IMG/VR virus record: IMGVR_UViG_3300021339_000006
Coordinates: 1-64,000 of that record
DNA length: 64,000 nucleotides
From: a virus
Strand: one strand, 5' to 3'
Shown here: positions 36,041 through 45,745 of the stretch, one piece after another
Layout of the letters: the number at the start of each line of letters is the position of its first letter
Position numbering within the stretch: position 1 is the first letter of the stretch
The notes under the pieces: model-generated
What the model was told of the DNA's origin: nothing
Databases searched by the model: none
The model's input: the letters and a program-made list of their open reading frames with translations, nothing else
Made by a program: the position numbers and the translations under genes

Positions 36041-36268
36041 TCACTTTGCCTTGTGGAGGTCCATGCCTGGCAGCCTGGGTTTGCGACCATTGCGGCGGTC
36101 ATACTCCATCGTGACTTTGAAATGGCCTAAACGTGAGTTGCTGAGGGACGCCACAGCACGCGCAGCCGCAATAGCCTCTTTGGTAGGTTTGTCCTCTCGA
36201 CATACGTCCTGTGCCTTCTTGTCCAACATCCGGCACCAATCACTTGACTTTAGCAGTGGTTCTTTCAT
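36041..36268 (-). CDS. hypothetical protein
   Basis: 75 aa; preceded by the repeated AGATAACAAAGC element. Confidence 0.65.
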   Translation of the reverse strand: MKEPLLKSSDWCRMLDKKAQDVCREDKPTKEAIAAARAVASLSNSRLGHFKVTMEYDRRNGRKPRLPGMDLHKAK

Positions 36269-36815
36269 GCTTTGTTATCTTCCGAATCACCCGTTTCAGT
36301 TTCACCAAACTACGCTTCTCTTCAACCATTGGTTGTGGGAATAAAGAAAAAGGAATGCCTGTTCCTCGATGGAGTAAGGTTTTCACATACACCACATCCA
36401 GCCTTTTGCGCTGGTTTTGTTTTTGATCCAACACCTTCCTTGGGTTCTGGCAATACAATGCGCGCCGTCTTGCCAGTAGCCTTTTTCGATTTGCAGCACG
36501 ATATCGGCGTTGGTTCTCCAAACACCTTTCCTTGTTTTGAGAACGCCACGCGCTTTGTTTTTCTAGGCGGACTTTCCGGTTCTTCCACCAGCGCCTTCTT
36601 CGCAACTCAGCAAAATGCTCTTTGTTCCTATCCATATAGGAACGAATCTTATCAGGATTTTTCTTTACCCAGCTCTTTCGGTAACGTTGGCGCTCCTTCT
36701 TATGCTTACTAGCATACACACGCGCACGCTCCCGAAGCACTTTGCGGTTTCGTTGATAATAGCATTTCCTTCGCGCACGGTAGGCTTCTTCGCTTTCACC
36801 TTTACGCCGACTCAT
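36240..36815 (-). CDS. extremely basic Arg/Lys/Tyr repeat protein
   Basis: Repeating Y/W...N.(D/E/K) helical units; C-terminal LDVVYV...P..MVEEKR. Confidence 0.7.
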   Translation of the reverse strand: MSRRKGESEEAYRARRKCYYQRNRKVLRERARVYASKHKKERQRYRKSWVKKNPDKIRSYMDRNKEHFAELRRRRWWKNRKVRLEKQSAWRSQNKERCLENQRRYRAANRKRLLARRRALYCQNPRKVLDQKQNQRKRLDVVYVKTLLHRGTGIPFSLFPQPMVEEKRSLVKLKRVIRKITKHERTTAKVK

Positions 36816-36849
36816 ACCATAGTATCTCCGCAAGTGACCGACCGGAGCC

Positions 36850-37129
36850 TTAATTCTTTCGACGGTGTGCTACCATTGCAGCTTCCTTCTCTGCGTGGAA
36901 GGCGCAAATCTCTTTGTAATACTTTTCCAAAATCTCAGCGCCCTCGTCCTCACTCGGCTTCTCCGACGCCCCACGCAGCTTGAGCGGAACAGCAAAGGAA
37001 AGAAGCAAACCAACAGTCCCTAAGCTGTGCCTTCTGTTGAGGTGGAACGCCTTTGCGATACACCTGCTTGAGGAAATCCTCAAACATTTCGTCTATCGAG
37101 GCTCCCAATTTGAATGGTGGAAATTCCAT
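36850..37129 (-). pseudogene. frameshift-split hypothetical gene
   Basis: ATG at 37129 gives 59 aa (stop at 36950); the overlapping +1 frame continues with protein-like sequence to 36850. Confidence 0.5.
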
Positions 37130-37146
37130 ACGCTATTATCTGTGGC

Positions 37147-38568
37147 TTACCATGCAGCGCCAGCCATCTTTTTCTTCTTGGCGATCTTATTGAAACCACC
37201 ACTGGCTGCATCGACTTGGTCATCATACTTGCCATGCGGAAAGTATTTCAGCTCGTCAATGAAGTCCTTCGTCCAGGCGCGCTTGAGGCAGTAGACGTTC
37301 CCGGCACCCATCTGCGATGCCAATGGATAAGCACGTGCTTCCTTGTCCCCTGTAGGGTGGAAGGCAATGACCTTGAACCCAGCCAGGTTGCGCACTGTGC
37401 TTTCCCCTGACTCCTTTCCTCCTGATCCTCCTTCGATCTCAATCACTACCGGCACCTCGTCCCCATCCTCCTCTGCCGTCTCTGCAATCCTCTCTTCCCG
37501 CTTAGTGGCGCCCCATTGTCCTCTGCGCACATCACATATCCAAAACTTACCCTTCTTGTCCACACCAATGCGGACGCCTGCTGACCAGTTGCCACCATCG
37601 GGCGTGCCTGCTTTGTCCCAGGAACGAACCATGCGCAGGAGCTTCGGTTCGTTGTCCTCATAAACAACCTTATCAGTCTCAAACATGCCACCACCCAGAG
37701 GCACAGGATCTTGGAGCACTTGACTGGCGTATCCGTATGCACCCAGTTCCTCCTTCAGCGTTTCCAACACTTCCCTTGGCATCCGCACAGGATCGAGCAG
37801 TCCATCCACGTAATACTTTTTGAGTCCTGGTGGTGAGATGCTTTTATGCAATTCCCCAGGCAGGCAGATATGTTTGATCTGTCCAGCCTTGCGCGCCAGT
37901 AATTCTCCACTGGGATCAGCCTGCCCTAGGCGTTGCTGCACCAGTATCAGTGGCGAGACCAGCTTGTCCACTTTGCGCGTTGGCAGTGTGGTAGTCATCC
38001 ATCTGTTAATGCGTTTGATTTCAACCTGCGAATAACTCTCCTCAGGATTGATCGGATCGTCCACCAGCTGGAAGTGTCCGTGATAACCTGTGATCGCACC
38101 TCCAACACCGACGCACAGGCGGGATCCCATCTGCGTATTGGTAAACAGCCCCTTGGTGTTTTCGTCCTCGCGCAATTGGATGTTGGGAAAGCAGGATTGG
38201 TATTTGTCTGACTGAACCAAATCCCGCGCCTTCAAGCTGTCCTTCATCGCCACCGCCTGCGCGTAGGATGCGCAAACAAACTTGGCACTTGGCAAGCGAG
38301 TCCAAACCCAAGCAGGAAATGCCTGGCTGACAATAGTGGACTTGGTGCTGCCAGGAGGAACGTTGATTACCAGATCGTAGGCTTTTGGTTCTCCAAGGAA
38401 CACGCGCTCTGCCATCACTTGCAACTCATCGCACAGGTATTCCACATGCCAATTCAGCACTGGCTCCTCTGCCACGATCACAGTCCAAAACTCCTTCAGG
38501 AACTCGTAGAAAGAATCCTTCACGATGGAAGCCAGGATCGTGAATTCGTTTACCTTTACGTCACTCAT
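37147..38568 (-). CDS. terL: terminase large subunit
   Basis: INVPPGSTKS (Walker A-like), LVDDP (Walker B), RSWD.A, DDQVDA nuclease motifs. Confidence 0.95.
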   Translation of the reverse strand: MSDVKVNEFTILASIVKDSFYEFLKEFWTVIVAEEPVLNWHVEYLCDELQVMAERVFLGEPKAYDLVINVPPGSTKSTIVSQAFPAWVWTRLPSAKFVCASYAQAVAMKDSLKARDLVQSDKYQSCFPNIQLREDENTKGLFTNTQMGSRLCVGVGGAITGYHGHFQLVDDPINPEESYSQVEIKRINRWMTTTLPTRKVDKLVSPLILVQQRLGQADPSGELLARKAGQIKHICLPGELHKSISPPGLKKYYVDGLLDPVRMPREVLETLKEELGAYGYASQVLQDPVPLGGGMFETDKVVYEDNEPKLLRMVRSWDKAGTPDGGNWSAGVRIGVDKKGKFWICDVRRGQWGATKREERIAETAEEDGDEVPVVIEIEGGSGGKESGESTVRNLAGFKVIAFHPTGDKEARAYPLASQMGAGNVYCLKRAWTKDFIDELKYFPHGKYDDQVDAASGGFNKIAKKKKMAGAAW

Positions 38569-39322
38569 CTGCTGTGTTGGTTAATTGTTTCATTTCCATT
38601 TCCACTACTGGTTTGGCTTTGTCTGCCGCTGCCTTCCTGCGCACTGCTTCAAGGATCTTTTTCCGCGTATCCAAATCCAAATCCAGTTCATCAATATCAA
38701 TCCCAGTGCCTGCAATGCCAGTGTGATCGACCTCAATCTTTTCCCCATATCCTCGATCCCTGTTCTGCGTTCTGTTCACAAACATCACTGCTGCGGGATT
38801 TCTCAACTGCACCAAATCCAAGAGTGCAGATTCGAAGAAGTTTTTCCTGTGCCACTGGACATCATCCAGCATTTGCCTGAAGTCAATGTCATGCTTCCAC
38901 ATTTCCAAACTGTTCCTGCTCACTCCTACCATTTTGCAGGAAGCGCTCACATCAAAGCACGTGCTCACCAATGCATGTATGAAAAGCTCCTGTTTGATTC
39001 GTTTGGATTTGCCATTCAGGATGGCGTCAATCTTCCCAGTATTGTCCTCCCAGAACTGAATATCCTCCCACACTTTCCTCGCATCAGGGCTTAGGCGTTC
39101 CAGGATATAGTCCTTCAGCTCAAGTCCATCGCCAGGCATCTTTCTGTTCTGATCTGCCAGCGTTTTCGCCAATTGTAATTCTGGATCAGCCTTGATCTGC
39201 TTCCTCAGCACCTGATGATTTCTGTCCAATGCCTTAGCGACATGGGAGATGTCCGCGTCTCTCAAGCACGCGTCATAGAACCGTAATATGAATTCCAACC
39301 CTTGGTGTCTCCTATGTGCCAT
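38561..39322 (-). CDS. terminase small subunit-like HTH protein
   Basis: Overlaps terL start; VSASCKMVGVSR HTH, A.MF.....RDRGY.EK motif. Confidence 0.75.
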   Translation of the reverse strand: MAHRRHQGLEFILRFYDACLRDADISHVAKALDRNHQVLRKQIKADPELQLAKTLADQNRKMPGDGLELKDYILERLSPDARKVWEDIQFWEDNTGKIDAILNGKSKRIKQELFIHALVSTCFDVSASCKMVGVSRNSLEMWKHDIDFRQMLDDVQWHRKNFFESALLDLVQLRNPAAVMFVNRTQNRDRGYGEKIEVDHTGIAGTGIDIDELDLDLDTRKKILEAVRRKAAADKAKPVVEMEMKQLTNTADE

Positions 39323-39330
39323 ATGGCACA
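39315..39330. promoter_or_regulatory. perfect 16-bp palindrome (candidate operator)
   Basis: TGTGCCATATGGCACA spanning the terS-like start codon. Confidence 0.55.
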
Positions 39331-39370
39331 ATGGATACAAGGGAATCTTTAGGAAGCAAGAAAGTTCTTC

Positions 39371-40015
39371 TTACTTAGCGTAAGGCACAGGGTCAACCAT
39401 CCCTGCTATTGCGAATGCTTTCTTCCGAGGAACACAGCTTGCGCACTCCCCACAATGCGTCTCTCCACTCAAGTAACACGACCAAGTCAATTCCATTGGG
39501 ACGTTGAGCTTTTTCCCAGCCTTCACCACCTCCCATTTGTCCAAGTAATTGATAGGCATCAAAATCTGTGGACACTCTAATCCACAAGCGAATGGAAGTA
39601 GATTGTTAAATGCCTGAGTGAACTCTGGATAGTTGTCTGGATTTCCACCATGCGCAATGTTCCCATGTCCAATGTAAGGGATCCCATTTGTCATGCAGTA
39701 TCCAGCGGCCAACGAGATCAGGATCAGGTTGCGTGCGTTCACTCTCGACACTGCCCCGGAGAGTTCCTTGGCGGGCCGCCTTCCCTGGATCAATCCCGAC
39801 GTGACCACACCTCCAATTGCCACCTCAGCAATGTGGTGAGGCATTCCCATTGCTTTGGCGCAATCCTTGAGCGCCTTGTGCTCTTTCCACGTTGCACGGC
39901 ATCCATAGTCGATCATCAACAGCTCGACTTGGAAACCCTCATCTTTAAGGACTGCCGCAGCAACCACGCTGTCGAGTCCTCCACTGCAAAGAACTGCCAC
40001 TTTGTTTGATTTCAT
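39371..40015 (-). CDS. queC: 7-cyano-7-deazaguanine synthase
   Basis: SGGLDS, DYG, RN.I.IS, PD..PEF, TWSCY, HCGECASC motifs. Confidence 0.95.
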   Translation of the reverse strand: MKSNKVAVLCSGGLDSVVAAAVLKDEGFQVELLMIDYGCRATWKEHKALKDCAKAMGMPHHIAEVAIGGVVTSGLIQGRRPAKELSGAVSRVNARNLILISLAAGYCMTNGIPYIGHGNIAHGGNPDNYPEFTQAFNNLLPFACGLECPQILMPINYLDKWEVVKAGKKLNVPMELTWSCYLSGETHCGECASCVPRKKAFAIAGMVDPVPYAK

Positions 40016-40040
40016 GTTGTATTATCTGTGCTGTTTTCGT

Positions 40041-40062
40041 GCCCTAGCCTGACCAAGGCAGC
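40041..40062. repeat. dispersed intergenic repeat, degenerate copy B
   Basis: GCCCT-AGCCTGACCAAGGCAGC versus GCCCTCAGCCTGACCTAGGC(G/A)GC. Confidence 0.6.
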
Positions 40063-40068
40063 GTTTGT

Positions 40069-41524
40069 TTAAGATTTGCCCGTCCTGTGTGCTGTGCGTG
40101 CTGCTTTTATCGCCTGGCGCAGCCTGGCCCACCAGCTTTGTTTGGGTGGCGTCTCGCGTGCGGGAGGTCGGTCGTCGATACGCTCATTGTATCCATGCGG
40201 CCCAATGTTAAAACGTGCGCCGCACTGTCCACATTCAACGTTTATGCACAAGCCGGCACCTGGCCCTTCCAGCCATTTGCTATTCATGCAATCTGGACAG
40301 ATGCCAATGCGAAGGTAATACCTTTCGTTCTTGGTGGTTGGTCTCATAGCTCCCAGTGATCCAGATTCTTTTTAACCTTCTTCACCTGCGCCACAAGGTC
40401 ACACAGAGAGGCTTGCTTGGCTGCTCCTGCCTCTCCGTTCAACACAACGTCAAGTTCGCGCACCAACCTGCGCTTGTCCTCGAGAACTTCCTTGTAATCT
40501 CGAACCTCCTGTTCCAGTTCTGCACGCGCGTCCACCTGAACTTGTTCAATGGCGGCCCTTGTCAGGGCTCCAGAATAAATGTCTTGCTCCACCGCAGTCG
40601 AAATCGCCTCCACCCAATCTTTTGCTTCCTTCATGTCATTCCTTATTAAACTCCTTCAAAAACTCTTGGATGATTACATTCGTTTGCTCTTCTATGTATT
40701 CCTCAAACATCCAACGTTGACCGAGACTGGCATTCTGTGTGTTTTGCGCAATGCGCTCTGCTGCCCGTCGCGCCATCACTCTGATCTGCATCAGTGTAGG
40801 GCGCGCATCCTTTTGAACTTCCTCAATGGCTTGGACTGTCCTGCTGCCAGGGGATTCCTTGATCCCAACAAACATATCCAATGCCACCGCCTCGCCTACC
40901 GCCATTGCCCACTCAACTGCTTTCTTCATAAACGATATTTCTTTTCCCATCCGATGTGGTTGAAGAACTCAAATCCATCGATGTTCTGACACATTGTATG
41001 GCAATGACGAAAACGTCTGTATTGCCCAGCTTCCCAAGAAACATGCCGATACCACGATACGTTCGGAATCGTTTTCGTGAAATCTACCTTCACAAGCGTT
41101 TCAACATTAGGCTGCGTGTCCTGATTCACCATTTCCTCCTGCCTTTGCGCAGCCACGGTTTGTCCTGCAAACGCTCCTCACGCGTTGGAGGCAAGAGCGG
41201 ATCGGTAGCCGTAGTGATTGTGCTCATGTCTGCTGCGGTCAAAAGAACCTGCGCGGCGTCCGTGCTGTTGTAGTCGTAACGCTGCATCTCTTCGTAAATC
41301 GTTTTGAATTTGTCAACGCTGCTAGGGATTGGCAGCGGATGCGATTTGTTGATTAAAGGGAGCAGATCGCCTGGGTCAATCGCTATCTCCCTGCCTGCCT
41401 GATCCGAGATTACAATGCAAGTCAGTTCTCTCTTCCTGATTGCTTCAATGAGCCTCATGGAATCCTCGTGAGACACCACACTGCCAATGATGGCGACCCT
41501 GTTCTCAATCCTCAGCGTCTTCAT
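40069..41524 (-). CDS. cluster of five hypothetical genes (40069-40347 Zn ribbon; 40344-40634; 40636-40950; 40926-41132; 41126-41524)
   Basis: Tiled ORFs; CPDC...CGQC in the first; RLVRELDVVLNGEAGAAKQASLCD conserved-looking segment in the second. Confidence 0.6.
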
Positions 41525-41855
41525 CGGTAATGCCTAATTTCCGCGCCAGGATGACAATGCTGGAAGGATCGGAAATCTGCCCTTCGTTGTGCGCGTGCCG
41601 TAGATACTTAAGCACCTTCCGCCTCTTGGCTTCCATTGCTCTCATATTGACCCCACGCAATGCGCCCATGCCCACCAGCATTGTGTGGACAGCTACAAGG
41701 TCGGACATCTCGAGATCAATGCGCGCTGCGTTGTTGAGTGATTTCCCTGGTTGCGTCTCGAGAATGCCGAACCGCTGCGCCTTGGTTGTGCGCTGTCCGA
41801 CCTCACAACACTCCTCCACAAGGGAAGCCAGCAGGTGGTTTAATACCGTCATCAT
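41505..41855 (-). CDS. MazG-like protein
   Basis: EECCEV...K..RFG, N..RI..E..DL. Confidence 0.75.
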   Translation of the reverse strand: MMTVLNHLLASLVEECCEVGQRTTKAQRFGILETQPGKSLNNAARIDLEMSDLVAVHTMLVGMGALRGVNMRAMEAKRRKVLKYLRHAHNEGQISDPSSIVILARKLGITDEDAED

Positions 41856-41856
41856 A

Positions 41857-42144
41857 TCATTCCCGCCCTTTGATCATCTCCTGCATCTGTTCAAGAATAG
41901 CACCTTGCATGGACGCCGCGACAGCACAGAGATCTTGAATTCTGTCGCAATAGCCTTGCATCAACGCGAGTCCCTCAGGAGAAACCTTTGCCTTGTTTTT
42001 CTTCACAACTTCTTTGACAGCGTCAACAATGCGCAAAAGTTCCATACCTGTTGCTGGCCCGAAAGATGGAACACCGAGTTTCGCAAGCACCATGCCAAAT
42101 CGTTTCGCCTCTTCCTCTGTGTAAGGATGGATGTCTGACTTCAT
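41857..42144 (-). CDS. hypothetical protein
   Basis: Preceded by AGATAACAAAGC element; ATGA-coupled. Confidence 0.65.
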   Translation of the reverse strand: MKSDIHPYTEEEAKRFGMVLAKLGVPSFGPATGMELLRIVDAVKEVVKKNKAKVSPEGLALMQGYCDRIQDLCAVAASMQGAILEQMQEMIKGRE

Positions 42145-42512
42145 GCTTTGTTATCTCCTGTGCCCTTGTTGTGGTAGCTGAGAAATTCCATTGGAGTTGA
42201 GAACACAGTCACCTCGTTCGATGGCAAGCGCAATGCTTCCGGATCCTTCACCGACTTGCACACGTTCGCGCGGTAGATTGCCGCTCCTGCGCATTGTTGA
42301 TTGGTGGTGCTGTGGCAGTCGATGTGGTGCTCCCCATGCACCATCTGAATCCATTCCTCAGGAGAGTATCCTCCGAGGTAACCAGCAATCGCCTTACGTG
42401 TCCAAGGACAGCCGGCGCAAGGCGTGGTGTGTTGCTGCGCTGTGGGCAGCCGATCCTCGTCGGAGGTAAACCTGCGCGCGAGGATCTGGGCGTCTGTGAG
42501 GTTAGGCTTCAT
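42141..42512 (-). CDS. Cys/His Zn-binding protein (DUF6283-like)
   Basis: PC..CPW, CH, QCAGA motifs. Confidence 0.65.
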   Translation of the reverse strand: MKPNLTDAQILARRFTSDEDRLPTAQQHTTPCAGCPWTRKAIAGYLGGYSPEEWIQMVHGEHHIDCHSTTNQQCAGAAIYRANVCKSVKDPEALRLPSNEVTVFSTPMEFLSYHNKGTGDNKA

Positions 42513-43168
42513 GGTTTCCAAATAACTTTTGCGCCATCACCTGCTGACCAAATGTGACCTTTTGCCCTGTGCGCCTCGTAGGCGACTTTGCTGACCACCA
42601 CCACTGAATGGACAAGCTCTGTCCTGCTCCACGTCCTGCCTTTGCGCATGACACCGGCCGAAGGCAGCGTTCGGAAAGTGTGGTAGGTGCAATAGGCTGA
42701 CACCGTCTTGATGTAAGTCACGCCACGTTTGAGAGTTCTAATTGTTTGCATATTAAATTGAAGCGTGGAGTGTTGTGAGGTCTGACTCGTCCGGCAACGG
42801 CTCGCTGCATTGCTCGGGCGCTATGATCAGCTTGGCGTTGTCGGACACTCTGGACAGGCGCAGGAACGATCCGTTTTGAACGCCGAGCACTTTGTAGGTC
42901 TGTCCCGCGCAGTGCAGGTTACCGTCCAACGTTTTGATCGGGCGCGCGTCCGGTATGAGGAGCGTCACCTTTGTTCCGCGTTTTATATCGTTGAGGTTTG
43001 TAAATTTCATGGTGTTGTTGAGTTGGGGAATTACACCTCAATGCCAGCTTCGGCATTCGACGCATCAATGACCGCCTGCAGTGCGCACAGCGCGTCGTCG
43101 GCGTCAACTTTCATACAGACCAACTGCGCTGCTTCCAGCGCCGCTTTTTGTTCTTCGGTTAGTATCAT
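42509..43168 (-). CDS. three small hypothetical genes (42509-42751, 42753-43010, 43031-43168)
   Basis: Tiled ORFs; the last was manually translated (MILTEEQKAALE..., 45 aa). Confidence 0.55.
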
Positions 43169-43367
43169 GCTCCGGTATTAGCACGCACCGTGCCCGCGTC
43201 CCAGTTGTCCTAAACTACTCAATCACAGCTCTTGCGTTTTGCAGGAGTGTCAAAAGTGTCGTCAATCTGTGCAAGTGTCTTTACACTTCTGTTGGATTCT
43301 TAGACACCGCCCTTGTCTTGCCCTAGGCGCTGTGCTGCTTTTGCTGCACCTACAGCTTGGTCTATGC

Positions 43368-43400
43368 GCTTGCAAAGCTGCCTAGGTCAGGCTGAGGGCG
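43368..43400. repeat. dispersed intergenic repeat, copy C (inverted relative to A and B)
   Basis: GCTTGCAAAGCTGCCTAGGTCAGGCTGAGGGCG. Confidence 0.85.
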
Positions 43401-43404
43401 AAAC

Positions 43405-44310
43405 TTAACGCACAGGCCCTCCTGCCACCCACGTGTCGAATTCTGCCGGATCCTTGCACGCACGCACAAACGCCTCCAGCCCTTGCAGCGCAGCTTCCGC
43501 TTTGGGCCGCACTGTGCGCAACCAATGCACGTAATACCACGACACACCAATGCCCCTTTTATTCCGATGGAACGTGTCGTCATCACACGCAGTCCACGCT
43601 TTGAAGGGACTGTCCTGTGGCAGGTCCGTTGCCAAGTAACCACCCAGCGCAGTCTGACAACCCATCTTCACCTGCCCGATCATCTCGTCCTCATTCCAAC
43701 ACTCAATTCGATGGTTCGGAACGATCCCTTGGCAAAGGCGTCGCAATGGCATCACGTCCTCCTCAAGCACGCGCTCTCCTGTCGGGCACCAGGTGTCGAG
43801 AAACACACTATTGAACTCAACGCCGAAGTTCCGCGCATGGTGCAAGTATTGATAAATGTCTGCCTGAATCACCGACACCTTTCCTTTCGGAAGGTGTGCC
43901 CCTACAAGTTTGATGACATCCTTGCTGCGCTCTACTACCACAACCTTGGCAACGTTTGGATTCCGATCCAACAGCCCCACTGCCAATCCCAGTCCGAGCC
44001 CACCTACCAGAACCTTGCCACGCATCTTGGCAAGCTGTCGAGTGTGCTGTTCCACTTCTTGTGGCAACGAACTCATCCACGTGCCGGCGCCTGACTCCTT
44101 CAACGTGTGAACACCTATCGGCTCATCCAAAGTGAGGACAGTTGCCTTGAGTCCCATGAACAATGCGTTGCGCATCGACACAACAGGCAGGCGCGTGCCC
44201 GCTGCTTTGAACTCAACCGACACTGAGAACTTGCCACTCTTTCCCTCTGGGAGGTGGTAGGGAAGGGAAAAGATGCGGCCCTTGTGCTCGTATGTTGGGA
44301 ATGCCTTCAT
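43405..44310 (-). CDS. SAM-dependent methyltransferase (spermidine-synthase-like fold)
   Basis: WMS..P.E, VLVGGLGLG, VVE...DVI.LV, AD, FLDTW motifs. Confidence 0.8.
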   Translation of the reverse strand: MKAFPTYEHKGRIFSLPYHLPEGKSGKFSVSVEFKAAGTRLPVVSMRNALFMGLKATVLTLDEPIGVHTLKESGAGTWMSSLPQEVEQHTRQLAKMRGKVLVGGLGLGLAVGLLDRNPNVAKVVVVERSKDVIKLVGAHLPKGKVSVIQADIYQYLHHARNFGVEFNSVFLDTWCPTGERVLEEDVMPLRRLCQGIVPNHRIECWNEDEMIGQVKMGCQTALGGYLATDLPQDSPFKAWTACDDDTFHRNKRGIGVSWYYVHWLRTVRPKAEAALQGLEAFVRACKDPAEFDTWVAGGPVR

Positions 44311-45727
44311 GAGCAGGAGATGTTGCTGAGGTGTGACTGGAGTTCGTCTGATATTTCCTGCAAGCGTGCCGACAGTTCCTCTTCCTTGCGCGTTTCGTAG
44401 GCTTCCTTCTTCTCGCCCTTCTCCTTCTCCGGCTCCTCCCAGCTAATGTCCGTGCTCTCGAGGTCGTTAATGCAACCGTCCAACGCGTCAATACGCTCTT
44501 GAAGAATCTGCCCCGTGTTCCCTTCCTTCAGTCCCTCTGGCATACCGTCCAGCTTCCCTTCGGTCTCGTCCTTGATGTTGGTCAATTCATTCACCACATC
44601 ATCACGCTCGCCTTCCAAGTCCTCAATGCTTTCGGCGTCGAACTTGCGCTCCTGCAATTCATAAATTGCTCCCCAGAACTCAGACTTGGTGAGGTCTTTG
44701 GGCTTGGGTTGGCAGTCGGGCTTAGCGCAGCGCGTGCGCCGATCCTTCCTGAACGCTTTGCCGACGTTGACGCGGAACACCCAAAAGGTGTAGGAATCGC
44801 CACGTTTAATTTCGCAGCCGCACTTGCCGCAGTTAGGTTGATTGATCCGTGCTTTCTTTACTCGTTTGACTCTTGGCATGATTTTGGTTGGTTAAGCTGC
44901 TCTTGTGATTGAATAAACCTCCTCACCCGGTTTCCTGAACGAGAGCTGAAACTGGTGAAGCGCAGCGGTGATGTTGACTGCCATAACTGGCTGGACTTGG
45001 AACTCTCCGTCCTGTGTGATGTAGATGACTAGGTATCGGTTCATATTTGGTTATCCGTTAAATCGAATTGTGCCTGCTTCCACGAACACATCACTCTTCT
45101 CGTTGAGGAGCACAGTTGAGCCGTCAGGGAACTCAATCCTTGCGTGCGTTGTGCCCGCGTCGATCACCTTGCCCTGTAGCTTGCGCCCAGTGCGGATCTC
45201 CTTGCAGGTGTGAACCTCACCAATCTTCAAGTTCAAAAATGTTCTCACAATGCCTCGTTCTCCTCTTTTGTCATTGCCACAAAACACTCTACCCAATTAC
45301 CGCTGCTCTTTTGATTCCAATAAGAATGCAGCCCTATGATATGGCACAAGGCTTCGGCCGCCCGCTTCGCTGCTGGGCGCTTGCCAACAAACATAACCTC
45401 CGGCCCGTATGTCACACGCCAACCAGTTGTGTCGGAACGCTCCAACTTTATCCTCAGCGGCAATGTTTTGGGCTTCAGCTCTCGTGCTCTACGCTGCGCG
45501 TATTGCAAATCCGATTCCGCAGGATTGAACACGTCCGCACGAATCTCCGCCTCCGTCACTGGCGCGTCTGCGTAGCAACGCTGAAGTTCCTGGAATGCTG
45601 CTTGGAGGTTGTCACCTTTCTCACAGCGTCGGTAACCGAGTTCAAACGCTGCCGCTACTGCTTCTGGTATTCTTGGCATATCAATTGTTCCTTCAAATTC
45701 GCTGCGAGGGATCGGACCTCGCAGCAT
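44307..45727 (-). CDS. four hypothetical genes (44307-44879 with CxxC and coiled coil; 44892-45044; 45051-45296; 45245-45727)
   Basis: Tiled ORFs; 44892-45044 manually translated. Confidence 0.6.
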
Positions 45728-45745
45728 TGTTATCTCCACCTGTCC

